A stretch of DNA of 64,000 nucleotides from Macrostomum lignano. Lineage: Eukaryota. The position numbers and the translations under genes are program-made. Positions 1 through 11,720 of this stretch are shown piece by piece. The stretch spans positions 136,873-200,872 of the forward strand of contig NIVC01000433.1 in the NCBI GenBank assembly GCA_002269645.1, written 5' to 3'. The notes under the pieces were generated by a model. It did not search any database, was not told where the DNA came from, and saw nothing but the letters and a program-made list of their open reading frames with translations. The first letter of the stretch is position 1, and each line of letters opens with the position of its first letter.

Positions 1-1718
1 TTGGATAATTTTTCACCAAAATCACTAGCTGTCATCCTACCTTTGAACAATATTAGTCAGTTGTTTAGGTAAGTCAGACCTTCCTGAGATTCCTTCAGTC
101 TTCAACTGGGTTCATTTCCGTTTGGAAATCAGCCCTGATCTTAGCCAGCAAATTCTGAAATATTCGCTCAACTGAGCCAAAATGAATGAAAGAACAGTAT
201 TAATTTCCTTCTTTACCATAACTGGGAACCGATTTAGAAATAATTAATTAGACGTACAAGCAAAAGTACAATTGCATAACTTGTTTAAATATGAAATAAC
301 GTTTACGAAGCTTTCAAAGAATAATAGGTAATACGCCAAAAAAAGAACTTGTTCTCTGAATCTTAATTAGAGTACTAATGATATCAAGATGACGACTGAA
401 TGCTTGGGAGACCTGCTGAGGATGTTCAACAGTCGAGGCTTGATCAGCGAAACTCCAGAAATTTGCAACAGGGTGTCCATAGTCACCTGGCGCCACCTGT
501 TGAAGGTCCAGAAGCTCCGCCTAAGTGAAGGCCAGTTTGTTCGCCTGTGGCCCATCTAGTAGTATAGTATTCCCTACTATTCTTAATATTAGGCTATGCA
601 CGTCTACTGTATTCAGTAACGGACAATGACCAAGCCAGTCTGTTTTGACTTCCGACTGCGTTATTTTCTGACTGATTATAGTTTTCTATACATGTTCAGT
701 GTCGATTAATAGCAAAGCTGAGCATTAATCGTTTTTACTCGAGACAACAAACTTCTGAGCAACCCAGTGAAAGAATTTTTAGTTTTCATGCAGCCAATCA
801 AGAGATATTGACTTTTGAGTTTTGGCCTCCAGCCAATTTTACACGATTTTACACGAGTGTAGCGTCAATTTCTACTCTAGTTGTCCATAGCGTTGCTCCG
901 CTCCAGCGCATCAAAAAAATTGTCAGGGGGGGGGGATTTCTTCCTTTCTAACGGTTAAGGCGCTTGAACACGGAAGTCCAGAATGTGATTTAGTGCTAGA
1001 GCAACCCCCCAGCGCACAGGTGAGCATGCATTATTAAGATTATTATATAGGCTTGTTTAAACAAATCCTAGAGTTAGATAAAGCTATCTGCAGTGTAACA
1101 TATAGCCGGAGTTCGATAAAGGCTGATTTCAATACTCGTAACTGGTAAACACTCATGGCGTAACCCAATACCGAAAACCGAGCATGTAGTGGTTATTAAA
1201 CCAGCCGGGCAGAGGTCTCTCAGAGACCTTCAGGCTATGAGTTGACGGATGCTGGGGAAAAAGAGGCTGCACGAGATGATGGAGATTTAATAAGCCACCA
1301 ACATCTGATGCAGCGTGGCTAATGCGTTATCTGAGCTCATTTTTGGTCGCCTATAATTAGCTGCGAGCATACATTCCATCTCTGCAGGGTATTGAGATTA
1401 GCTTCATTAATAAACAGGATTAGTCGTTATGCAGCACGCAAGCAGGATAACCTCCTTGTGTGACCTCCATCAGATCCACTGCTATTCGTTTGGACAAGCA
1501 TTCACTCCCCCCGAATTGATCTTCTTCAGAGTCTCAGCTCAGTTATTGACTTACCTGTGTGACAAAGATTACTGCGTGTATCTGTGTGGAATCTTGAGAC
1601 TAAAGAAGATGGAGAGGGAGAGGGAGGGATAGCTAGTGGGAGAAGGAGAGAGGGAGGGCACCCCAATCTCAGATGCTGACGCGGTGAAAGGACTGATAAA
1701 AGTCAATTTAGTTAATGT

Positions 1719-1756
1719 TGCCGATATTTCGAGTTAGGCTACTCTTCATCAGGGCA
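1719..1756 (-). ncRNA. Minimal type I hammerhead ribozyme (Penelope-like element type)
   Basis: The minus strand reads UGCC-CUGAUGA-A-GAGU-AGCCUA-ACUC-GAAA-UAUC-GGCA. Stem I is UGCC/GGCA, the core is CUGAUGA and GAAA, stem II is GAGU/ACUC, stem III is a palindromic AUAU, and the cleavage triplet is AUC (C at 1723). Confidence 0.75.
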
Positions 1757-1949
1757 CTATGCGATTAAAATTTATTTGGCGTGAATTGCCGTCAATATTT
1801 AAAGGCCATAACGACAGGGACGATCGATAAAGGGAGATTGAGAGTGCCCAAGCGCATAAAACAGTACACATGGCCAGTACAATAGAGACTCCAAGAATGC
1901 AGAGTGGGTGGCTAGATCCTGTGCAAGCGAGCCGGCTAAACGACCTTAA

Positions 1950-3135
1950 AGAGAGGGAGGGAGAAGCAAGGAGAGCGAGAAGCTGATGGAGAAGGAGGGG
2001 GAGAAGGAGAGGGAAAGGGAGAGAGGGAGAGGTGAGAGGAGAGAGGGAGAGGAGAGAGGGAGAGGAGAGAGGTGAGAGGAGAGAGGGAGAGGAGAGAGGA
2101 GAGAGGGAGAGGAGAGAGGTGAGAGGAGAGAGGGAGAGGAGAGAGGGAGAGGAGAGAGGAGAGAGGAGAGAGGGAGAGGAGAGAGGAGAGAGGAGAGAGG
2201 TGAGAGGAGAGAGGAGAGAGGAGAGAGGTGAGAGGAGAGAGGTGAGAGGAGAGAGGGAGAGGTGAGAGGAGAGAGGTGAGAGGAGAGAGGTGAGAGGAGA
2301 GAGGAGAGAGGAGAGAGGTGAGAGGAGAGAGGTGAGAGGAGAGAGGTGAGAGGAGAGAGGTGAGAGGAGAGAGGAGAGAGGAGAGAGGTGAGAGGAGAGA
2401 GGTGAGAGGTGAGAGGAGAGAGGTGAGAGGAGAGAGGTGAGAGGAGAGAGGAGAGAGGAGAGAGGTGAGAGGAGAGAGGTGAGAGGTGAGAGGTGAGAGG
2501 AGAGAGGTGAGAGGAGAGAGGTGAGAGGAGAGAGGTGAGAGGAGAGAGGTGAGAGGAGAGAGGTGAGAGGAGAGAGGTGAGAGGTGAGAGGAGAGAGGTG
2601 AGAGGAGAGAGGTGAGAGGAGAGAGGTGAGAGGAGAGAGGTGAGAGGAGAGAGGTGAGAGGAGAGAGGTGAGAGGAGAGAGGTGAGAGGTGAGAGGTGAG
2701 AGGAGAGAGGTGAGAGGAGAGAGGTGAGAGGAGAGAGGTGAGAGGAGAGAGGTGAGAGGAGAGAGGTGAGAGGAGAGAGGGAGAGGTGAGAGGAGAGAGG
2801 GAGAGGTGAGAGGAGAGAGGGAGAGGTGAGAGGAGAGAGGGAGAGGTGAGAGGTGAGAGGAGAGAGGTGAGAGGAGAGAGGTGAGAGGAGAGAGGAGAGA
2901 GGAGAGAGGTGAGAGGAGAGAGGTGAGAGGTGAGAGGAGAGAGGTGAGAGGAGAGAGGTGAGAGGAGAGAGGAGAGAGGAGAGAGGTGAGAGGTGAGAGG
3001 AGAGAGGTGAGAGGAGAGAGGTGAGAGGAGAGAGGTGAGAGGAGAGAGGGAGAGGTGAGAGGAGAGAGGGAGAGGTGAGAGGAGAGAGGGAGAGGTGAGA
3101 GGAGAGAGGGAGAGGTGAGAGGAGAGAGGGAGAAT
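1950..3135. repeat. GA-rich microsatellite (GAGAG/GAGGT units)
   Basis: About 1.2 kb of gagaggtgagaggaga-type units. It explains the low-complexity ORFs 1936..3180 and 2032..2265. Confidence 0.97.
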
Positions 3136-5015
3136 CTGAAATGGCACAGCTGAAAAAGCGAGAGAGGCGAGACTGTTCAATCGGTCAGCACGATCTGTCA
3201 GTCCACCAGGTACATCGCGGCAGCATCAGGAACGGGTCGGATCTCCGCCGAGAGAAGATCGAGAGATGAGCCACTCAAGATTGCCTGGCAACAAGCACGT
3301 GCCCGAACTCGCGGCTCAGTACGAAAGATGTTTTAACTCGTCGCGATTGGCCGCGAGTAGCCAACAGCTCTGCACCAAACGATCGACAACAAAATTATGA
3401 AAAAACATGTTTTTCTGCTGGTTTGAATCTCATTTTTTAGCTTCGATCCTTCTATAGGCTGGGATTGACTCTCCCCTCGTACTTGAAGACGTGGCTAAGA
3501 TTTTCGGAGTGCCTTCCCAACAAGCTATTTTTGCCTTGGATGCAAAATTGACTGCCAAGCCCTGCCTCAGCCTGCTGGCTAGAAAAACTTTGATTAATTT
3601 CGCTTCATCTGTGTGCGTAGCCAACAGCAGAATAAAGTGCAACTCCGTATATCCAGGCCTTTCAAATCAATTTAGATGTTAGTTTTGAGGTGTGATAAGA
3701 ATTATATTTGCAGTCTCCCATACTAACTGGTTCGAGTCCGTTTGGCGACGTAAGAGAACGATCTTAGAGTGCGAGTATCTGATCAATTATTGCTCAATAC
3801 TGTACTCGGTAAATATTGTGTCTTCCTCTTCCACTCAAATAATCATGGTTAGTCTCTATGAGCGTATGTCGTGATTGATTTCAGGAAAAAAACGGCTTGA
3901 CCGATTTTATTGAGACTTGCACAGTTCGATCAGAATTTTTCTGTGACGGTACAATGGTACATGTGTCCTGGCTTAGAAATTGCTCAATGCTTAAAGGGAT
4001 TAGTATAGGAAAAACATGCTTTTTGTAAAGCAGAATCTTAGATTTTGAAAATGTATTGTGATCATTGTAGAGAGAAAAACTGACTGACTGAATGATGGCT
4101 TCAAGACAAAGATTCAAAACTATGATCAGGATTCTGGAAAATGAAAATTCTAGGAGATGAAGACTCCAGGAGACAGTTGTTCTTAGAAATTGAGATTAAA
4201 TAATAAATTAAAATTCTAAAAATAGGGATTCTGGTACTTAAATAATTACAAAATACAGATTCCAGAAATGAGAGGGCGTATATGTAGCAGTGATTCTACA
4301 AAGAAAAAATCTACACAGACCCTACATGCACCGATTTCTTAGAGTCACCTTGGGCATCAGAAAAACCGCTGGTTCCGAGAATCAACAAATAAAGAGGGTG
4401 GCGAAGCGTACAGGACTGTAAAAAACTCAAGTTTAATGCTAATAAATTCTCTGTAAACCTACCTCAAAATGGAACACATCCACAGAAGTGAATGCACATT
4501 GATGTCCGAAAGTTCTAATTCCAATTAATTCTAATTGCAAGTTCGGACAGATCGTGATTGAGAAATAATTAACAAATACGTCAAGCCCCCACTTCATCAG
4601 CGGTTAATAAGTTCCACGCTCAAACGATTCGTGCTAATTGAGTTCAAATGAGGACACCTCGTCCACAAAGTCGCATTTTCAAAGAAAAAAGGGGACTCCA
4701 AAGAGCCGGTTCTTAAGTTCTTCTCCGCCAGGATGTTATTAAAACAAAATCCTTATTTGGCAACTGTCGAGCTCAGTCGAACGTGCGTGCGTCTTATTAG
4801 AAAACTATCGACCAAACAACCCGCGACACACAGACAGTCAGGAATGTGTAGATAACTTAAATGTTAAATTTGAAAAGGCGCGAAGGTTAGTTTTGTTATA
4901 ACTGCGCGATGCCGTTCTCAAACTAAACCCAATCGACGCATCGAAAATGCAGTTGCTCATGTAGCAGAATTTCTCAAGTACATTTTGCTCTTTTTGTTTG
5001 AAAAATAGACAGCTC

Positions 5016-8000
5016 CTAAGAGCGCAGAGTGTCCAGAAGAGCTGAGCAGTTTGGTAGTTCGCCGTCAACTTTTTCCCGGTACGCTTGCAGGATCCCGGAT
5101 GCCAGCCGGAATGCAGGCAGTTCGCCAACCTGAGCTGCGCTGGAACAGTTGAACACCTCGTTGAGCTGCCACTGACGCCACAGATCCTCAGCAGATTCCG
5201 AGTTGGTGGCCGAATGTTCGTCAACAAACTTCCAGACTGCCTGCTTGTGTGCTGACACTGCCGCCTCGTTTGGTAGCGCAGAGTCTACCGACTCCCACGG
5301 CAGATGCTTCGGTGACATCAAGCTGCAGGCGATGTACACTAGACTCTCCAAATCAGCGTAGGGAGCTTCCAGTTTGACGTTCGGAGAAAATCGAACAGCA
5401 CCGTAGACCAGACTGCGCTCTCGTTCACCCCGATAGATCAGGCAGTTTCGGGTGAGCGGCTCTGCCGAAGCAAAGTCGGCCAAAAGCATCTCGTCGGATC
5501 CGAGCAGTTCGAAACTCGACGGTTGAAGGCAGCCGTGCGACCAGCCGGAGTTGTGCAGCTGGCCGACTTTGTTCAGCATGTCGCGGCACAGTCTCACTGC
5601 TGCTGGCGAGTCCAGGCACTTGACCGATGCTCGGTTGCCGTCTGTACAATGGTTGTTTGACAAGGATTGGGAATGGTAAAGCAGCGATGGAGTGTCAGAG
5701 ATGACAGCTACGGAGTGTCAAGGAAACACAGCGATGGAGTGTCAGGGAAACACAGCGATGGAGTGTCAGAGAAACACAGCGATGGAGTGTCAGGGATGAC
5801 AGCTACAGAGTGTCAGAGAAACACAGCGATGGAGTGTCAAGGAAACACAGCGATGGAGTGTCAAGGAAACACAGCGATGGAGTGTCAGGGAAACACAGCG
5901 ATGGAGTGTCAAGGAAACACAGCGATGGAGTGTCAGGGAAACACAGCAATGGAGTGTCAAGGAACCACAGCGATGGAACATAAGGGAAACACAGCGATGG
6001 AGTGTCAAGGAAACACAGCGATGGAGTGTCAAGGAAACACAGCGATGGAGTGTCAGAGAAACACAGCGATGGAGTGTCAGGGAAACACAGCGATGGAGTG
6101 TCAAGGAACCACAGCGATGGAGCATAAGGGAAACACAGCGATGGAGTGTCAGGGAAACACAGCGATGGAGTGTCAAGGAACCACAGCGATGGAGCATAAG
6201 GGAAACACAGCGATGGAGTGTCAAGGAAACACAGCGATGGAGTGTCAAGGAAACACAGCGATGGAGTGTCAGGGAAACACAGCGATGGAGTGTCAAGGAA
6301 ACACAGCGATGGAGTGTCAGGGATGACAGCTACGGAGTGTCAGAGAAACACAGCGATGGAGTGTCAAGGAAACACAGCGATGGAGTGTCAGAGAAACACA
6401 GCGATGGAGTGTCAGGGAAACACAGCAATGGAGTGTCAAGGAAACAACGATGGAGTGTCAAGGAAACACAGCGATGGAGTGTCAAGGAAACACAGCGATG
6501 GAGTGTCAGGGAAACACAGCGATGGAGTGTCAAGGAAACACAGCGATGGAGTGTCAAGGAAACACAGCGATGGAGTGTCAGGGAAACACAGCGATGGAGT
6601 GTCAGGGAAACACAGCGATGGAGTGTCAAGGAAACACAGCGATGGAGTGTCAGGGAAACACAGCGATTAAGTGTCAGGGAAACACAGCGATGGAGTGTCT
6701 GGGAAACACAGCGATGGAGTGTCAGAGAAACACAGCGATGGAGTGTCAGGGATGACAGCTACGGAGTGTCAGAGAAACACAGCGATGGAGTGTCAGAGAA
6801 ACACAGCGATGGAGTGTCAGAGAAACACAGCGATGGAGTGTCAGGGAAACACAGCAATGGAGTGTCAAGGAAACAACGATGGAGTGTCAAGGAAACACAG
6901 CGATGGAGTGTCAAGGAAACACAGCGATGGAGTGTCAGGGAAACACAGCGATGGAGTGTCAAGGAAACACAGCGATGGAGTGTCAGGGATGACAGCTACG
7001 GAGTGTCAGAGAAACACAGCGATGGAGTGTCAGGGAACCACAGCGATGGAGCATAAGGGAAACACAGCAATGGAGTGTCAAGGAACCACAGCGATGGAGC
7101 ATAAGGGAAACACAGCGATGGAGTGTCAAGGAAACACAGCGATGGAGTGTCAAGGAAACACAGCGATGGAGTGTCAAGGAAACACAGCGATGGAGTGTCA
7201 AGGAAACACAGCGATGGAACATAAGGGAAACACAGCTACGGAGTGTCAAGGAAACACAGCGATGGAGTGTCAGGGAAACACAGCAATGGAGTGTCAGGGA
7301 TAAGAGCTATGGACCATCAGGGAAACACTCGGTGGAGTGTCAGGAAAGGCAGCTTAGAGGGCACAGCCATAGCAAGCCAAACTCACTAATGACTCTCTGC
7401 AGCGAATCTTCAACATACTGACAGAGCAGAAAGTGCTGCCTATGCAACACCAATTGCCTATCATCATTCTTGTTCTCGGAAACCACTCGCCAACAGTCGT
7501 TGCCAAGGCAGCCAAATAGGTAGGGTCGGGGAAACGCCGAAGGATCTTGGACGGCTCTGAGAATGGCCCATTCGCGAAGCAGTTGCAGCGGCTCGGCCGG
7601 GTGAGCGCGGGCGTGCACTTTTAGCAGCACCTGTTGGCCGCAGCGCAGGGTTCTGGGGTCCAGGCACTGCAGCATCTGGTTGGGTTGGAACGAGGAAAGA
7701 AAAGATTGAGAAATCAACGTTGGAAGAAGTTGGAACTTGCATTGTTACTGTAAGTAGTGAGCTTGAACTGTAGCATTTTCGGTCTGAACAATGTCGGATG
7801 TCGAATGATGTTCCTAGTTATTCAGGTGTATTACTGTTAACAGCCCTGATTTTGTGCTCTAAGTACCTCTATTGGTGTGTTGTTGAAGCATCAAATGATG
7901 TGCTGTTGATGTATCTAATAGTGTGTTGTTGCTGTATCTAATAGTGTATTGTTGAAGCGTCTAATGGTGCGTTGCATCATATGATCTTATGTTTTTCGTG

Positions 8001-8462
8001 TTGCCTGCTGAGACTGAGAGTCTTCAGTATTTCAAAAAGTCCCTGAAAAAACTCCTGGAGAAAGTTTAGTCTCAAAGGCTACTCAGACATATTTTCTACC
8101 TGCTCCTTATTCGTTGGAATTCTAATGGCGGGCTCCGCAACCTGTTTGAACCGTTGCAGATATTGCAACTCCTGGTAGTGCACATTGCGCCGAACCGTAG
8201 CTACACAAGTGATAACACCGTCGCGGCTATCCAGGACATTGTCAAGACGCAACAGGAAGCTCAAAGCTGGATCGTCAGCGAGAGCTGCGGTCACTTTCTC
8301 TTTCAGCTCGGCTAAATAGTTGGCCGACTTGGCGGAGTTACCAGAAGGGAACAGCGGCGATGCCTGCAGTGGATTTGGAGCCTCCTGGCGCATTGGTGGC
8401 GGCAAACCGGTTGCATCGATGTCGAAATAGCGCTGCAACTCCGGTTCCAGCCAGAATGACAT
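5016..8462 (-). CDS. CK1/TTBK/VRK-like protein kinase-fold protein, predicted pseudokinase (3 exons, ~425 aa)
   Basis: Exons 8462-8100, 7675-7387 and 5641-5016 have GT-AG boundaries, matching phases (0, 1) and total 1278 nt. Motifs: VLLKV, LLRE (alphaC), LHNSGWSHGCLQPSS (HRDxKPxN position), LLADFASA (DFG position), and DLESLVY...LPWE, a CK1-family signature. Confidence 0.75.
5683..7335. repeat. 24-bp minisatellite filling intron 2 of the pseudokinase gene
   Basis: Unit ggaaacacagcgatggagtgtcaa, about 65-70 copies, inside intron 5642-7386. Confidence 0.97.
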
Positions 8463-8989
8463 GCTTGCGATTGCTTGCTGTTTGCTGGCTAAATAGCAAA
8501 TCGTTAATTTTGATGTGTTCCTACACTTGCAATAACAGCACTCACTATTAACGCTTCTGTGTGCTTTTTTTAACTTCTGACTACCATATGCTGTCTATGG
8601 GTTTCTGTTGCGACAACTTCTTTTTTGACGACACAAAAAACAGAGAAGGAAGGAAGGCAACTGACTACTATCCAATTCTGTGAAGCAAGACATATGAATA
8701 CCTTAACGGCTACAAAACCACATGTAGTTAAGCCAACGAGTTGATTTACGCTCGTAAGTGAAGTTAGCAAAGACATCACTGGCTATCAAACTGACAAGGC
8801 ACGTTCTTATGTCTTAATTCAGCGTAGCCAACTCTAGCGAACTGGAAAGTACATTATACATGGGTAGCTTTAAAAATTCAGAAATAATGTACCACAATGC
8901 GATAGCATGTACATGTAAACTTCACTGTGCCTTGGGGAGGACCACCGGGCCACGCTTTATAGTCGATGATAGAGATAAAATTGAGCTTC

Positions 8990-10046
8990 TCATAGCGTCT
9001 TCATCACAGTTTTGATCACAGTTTTGAGCACAAAGATCAGGCACTCAAAATTCTTCATCGAGTAGGATAAAACAAGTGCGCTACGAGATCCAGATGCATT
9101 AAGATAGTAATAGAGACCTTGTGTGATAATATTGGGATATTCTCTGTAGACTCCGCTGGCGTCAATGAATGAGCACTCGCTGTACCACCAGCCAGCGGAC
9201 CGTCCTTATGTGTGGAGCTGCCTCCGCTCCAGTTGTCATTGTCAGAGTCTGGAGTGCTGAACTGCCAGTTGTTCGGCGAGAAGTTCGAAGTAGTCATCTG
9301 TCCGACACTCGATCTAGTTGAGTCTAGCGGTCTCATCGAGCACCTGTACTTGTCGCTCGCTGGGCCAACAGAGAACGGAGCATTCTCAGCCCAGTACCAG
9401 GTGCCGCTCCAGTCGCTGAACTCCCAGCGGACTCTCCACACTCCAGTGGCGGTGAGCTGGTGGAGCTGCTCCAGTCCCATCCAGTAGTTGAGACTCTCGC
9501 CCTGACCGAATCCGCTCGCGTACTCCGCCCAGCTGCGATTGAAGTTGACGGAGCCGTCGAGTCTGTGCTGGAAGGTCGTCCAGCACTTCACCGGTTTTCT
9601 CATCTGCAATGGGCGATGCGGTGCTACGCTCGTACATTTTGTGCACGCATATTGATGCGGTGCTGCATTTCGTGCACGCATATTGATGCGGTGCTGCATT
9701 TCGTGCACGCATATTGATGCGATTCTGCAAAGTGCAGAAGCCGCAAAGCAAAGCTCATCTCACTCACCCACAGCTGAGGCAGGCTGAAGTCGCTGGCGTG
9801 CCGGCACTTCCAGCCGGCGTCCATCGCTCCCCAATCGCAGGCCAGCAGTGAGCAGGAGCCCGAGGATGCGTCGAAGCAGACGGCTTCCGCGTTACCAGCA
9901 GAAGTCACGCAGTGAATGTCGTTGACCGCCAGCTTCACCGCCAGCACCCAGTACTCGGCCAGGTGGCCTCGCTGGAGACTCCAGCAGGACTTCTCGGCCG
10001 TGGCAGCCGCTGCCATGACAGCGCAGATGATGAGCAGAGAATGCAT
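8990..10046 (-). CDS. Secreted fibrinogen-related domain (FReD) protein with a small Cys-containing N-terminal domain; 1-nt frameshift near 9204
   Basis: Signal peptide MHSLLIICAVMAAAATA. Exon 10046-9768, intron 9767-9604 (GTGAGT...TTGCAG, phase 0), exon 9603-8990. FReD motifs WTTFQHRLDGSVNFNRSWAEYASGFG, YWMGLEQLHQLT and FSTPDSDND are followed, in a shifted frame, by AGWWYSEC...SMK. Adding one base gives 297 aa. Confidence 0.8.
9641..9721. repeat. 31-bp tandem repeat (~2.6 copies) in the FReD intron
   Basis: gcacgcatattgatgcggtgctgcatttcgt starts at 9643, 9674 and 9705. Confidence 0.9.
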
Positions 10047-11720
10047 CGTGTCGGTAGCAGTTGGCTTGTATTCCGCAGTTTTGAGTCCGTGTGTTGGCTT
10101 TTTGGAGGCTTCGCGGCCATTATTATAACTTAAGTTTTGTGTATGTACGCGCTCGTACATCTGGTTGGCAACCACGAGTGCGCATGCGGATGGAGCGATG
10201 AAAATTGAGGTGTCAATTCCCCTGTTCAGATGCAAAAACAATGAGAAAGAATTGTACTCCCTGCTCAGTTTACAGTAACAAAAAAGCTGGGGGGTAGACT
10301 ATTGGTGAGGCTTATTGTCATGGTCTCAGTGTGACTGTGGAGCAAAAGGAGGGAAAAGCTACTGATCAAGTTCGCATGGAACTCCGCAGACTCCGCAGAA
10401 GTCTATGGAGAAGAGCATGTCCACCAACCGTTATGAAAGTCCTAAGGCTACTTAGCCTCATACATGTATAAGGTAGTTAAATGATTTGTAGGAATAAGAT
10501 GTTTAGCTCTGGCTATTGTCCAAATATTACACTGATTATCGCACTTCGTCCATGACCTAATCGTACATGTACACAAGCCACATGAAGCATGCTACTCAGT
10601 CACACGAACTCATGATACTCATCCACTGTTGTGACCTGTCTATACGTAAAAGCGGGATCTGGGACATAGCCTTCCGGGATAAAAGTTAAGGTTATCGCTT
10701 TTCGCATTTCCTACAAGCCAATTAACAGAGCAGCTTTCGAATTCTACATGTACATGCGGACAAGCACTGGTTGCGCCGTTCGCATAGCCGGACCTGACAG
10801 AAAAATTGCCACCGTGATCGATAATACGTTTCCATTCCAAGACATTTCGATTGCGTTTTAAACAAAGTGACCGATCGATTTTAAACCCCAAAAATGTTGT
10901 CTAATACAATGCACATGCATCCGGCAAAATAATTTGCATAATTTGAGGGCGGAAGTCCTCAATTTTGATTTCATAGCGACCAATGGAACTATATCTGACC
11001 CACGTGATCCTCTCCCAGTTAACTTTGTTTTGATTCCTCCCATGGACCAACCCAAGCGGAAAAGCCATGAGTGCCCTGGCTAAGATAAAAAAGGTTAAAA
11101 AACTGTGGAATCTTTCCCTTCGTATCTATCTAACTTTTGGCTTGTTGTCGTTCAGCCGTTTGCAGGAGTTCTGTATTCAGCAGTAGACTTGTAAGTACGT
11201 ACATTTACGTAGTTGCCTATGTATCTATGCATCTATGTATCTATAAATCTATGTACCGATGTACCTACGAGCGTATGCATCTATGCATCTGTGTAACTAT
11301 GTATCTATGTACCGACGTAACCTATGTAATCTATGTATGTACACTTTATCTACCTAGCTTTTATCCCATTCTATCCCATCTATGTTTAATATCATGCAGG
11401 CGGTCAGTCCAATTCAAAGGCTATCAATGGCGGGGATTCTAGCGGAGGCCATCGCATCGAGTTCAGCTCACGGCATCAGCCGAGCGGCCGCCACCAGCTA
11501 CAAAACAGTCCGCGTGATGTGGATTCTGCTGTTCTTCATCTGCCTGGGAATGTTTCTCAATAGTGGCATCAGTCTGGTGCTCAAACTCAGGGAGAACAAC
11601 CTGACAGAGGAGTACCACCTGGATCAGGTGCCGTTTGTGCTCCCGGACCTGTACTTCTGCTCCAGCAACCCCTTCTCTGGCCGTTTTCCGTTCACGCTGA
11701 CAAAATCAGAGGCCGACTTT

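Noticed and set aside
389-559. 56-codon + strand ORF (MTTECLGDLL...LWPI*)
   Set aside because: It could be a terminal exon of a gene outside the window, but there is no recognisable motif or clear acceptor.
1936-3180. 414-aa Ser/Leu/Pro ORF
   Set aside because: It is the translation of a GA-rich microsatellite, with no splice or codon evidence for a gene.
3180-3410. GC-rich segment with open frames on both strands
   Set aside because: No recognisable domain or consistent splice sites; insufficient support for a feature.
4585-4605. Second CUGAUGA on the minus strand (also near 52170 and 58255)
   Set aside because: There is no stem II followed by GAAA and no stem I pairing, so these are not hammerheads.
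5667-7303. Multiple long ORFs with GNTAMECQ / KHSDGVS / LTLHRCVS repeats
   Set aside because: The 24-bp unit is stop-free in several frames. The array lies within a phase-consistent GT-AG intron of the pseudokinase.
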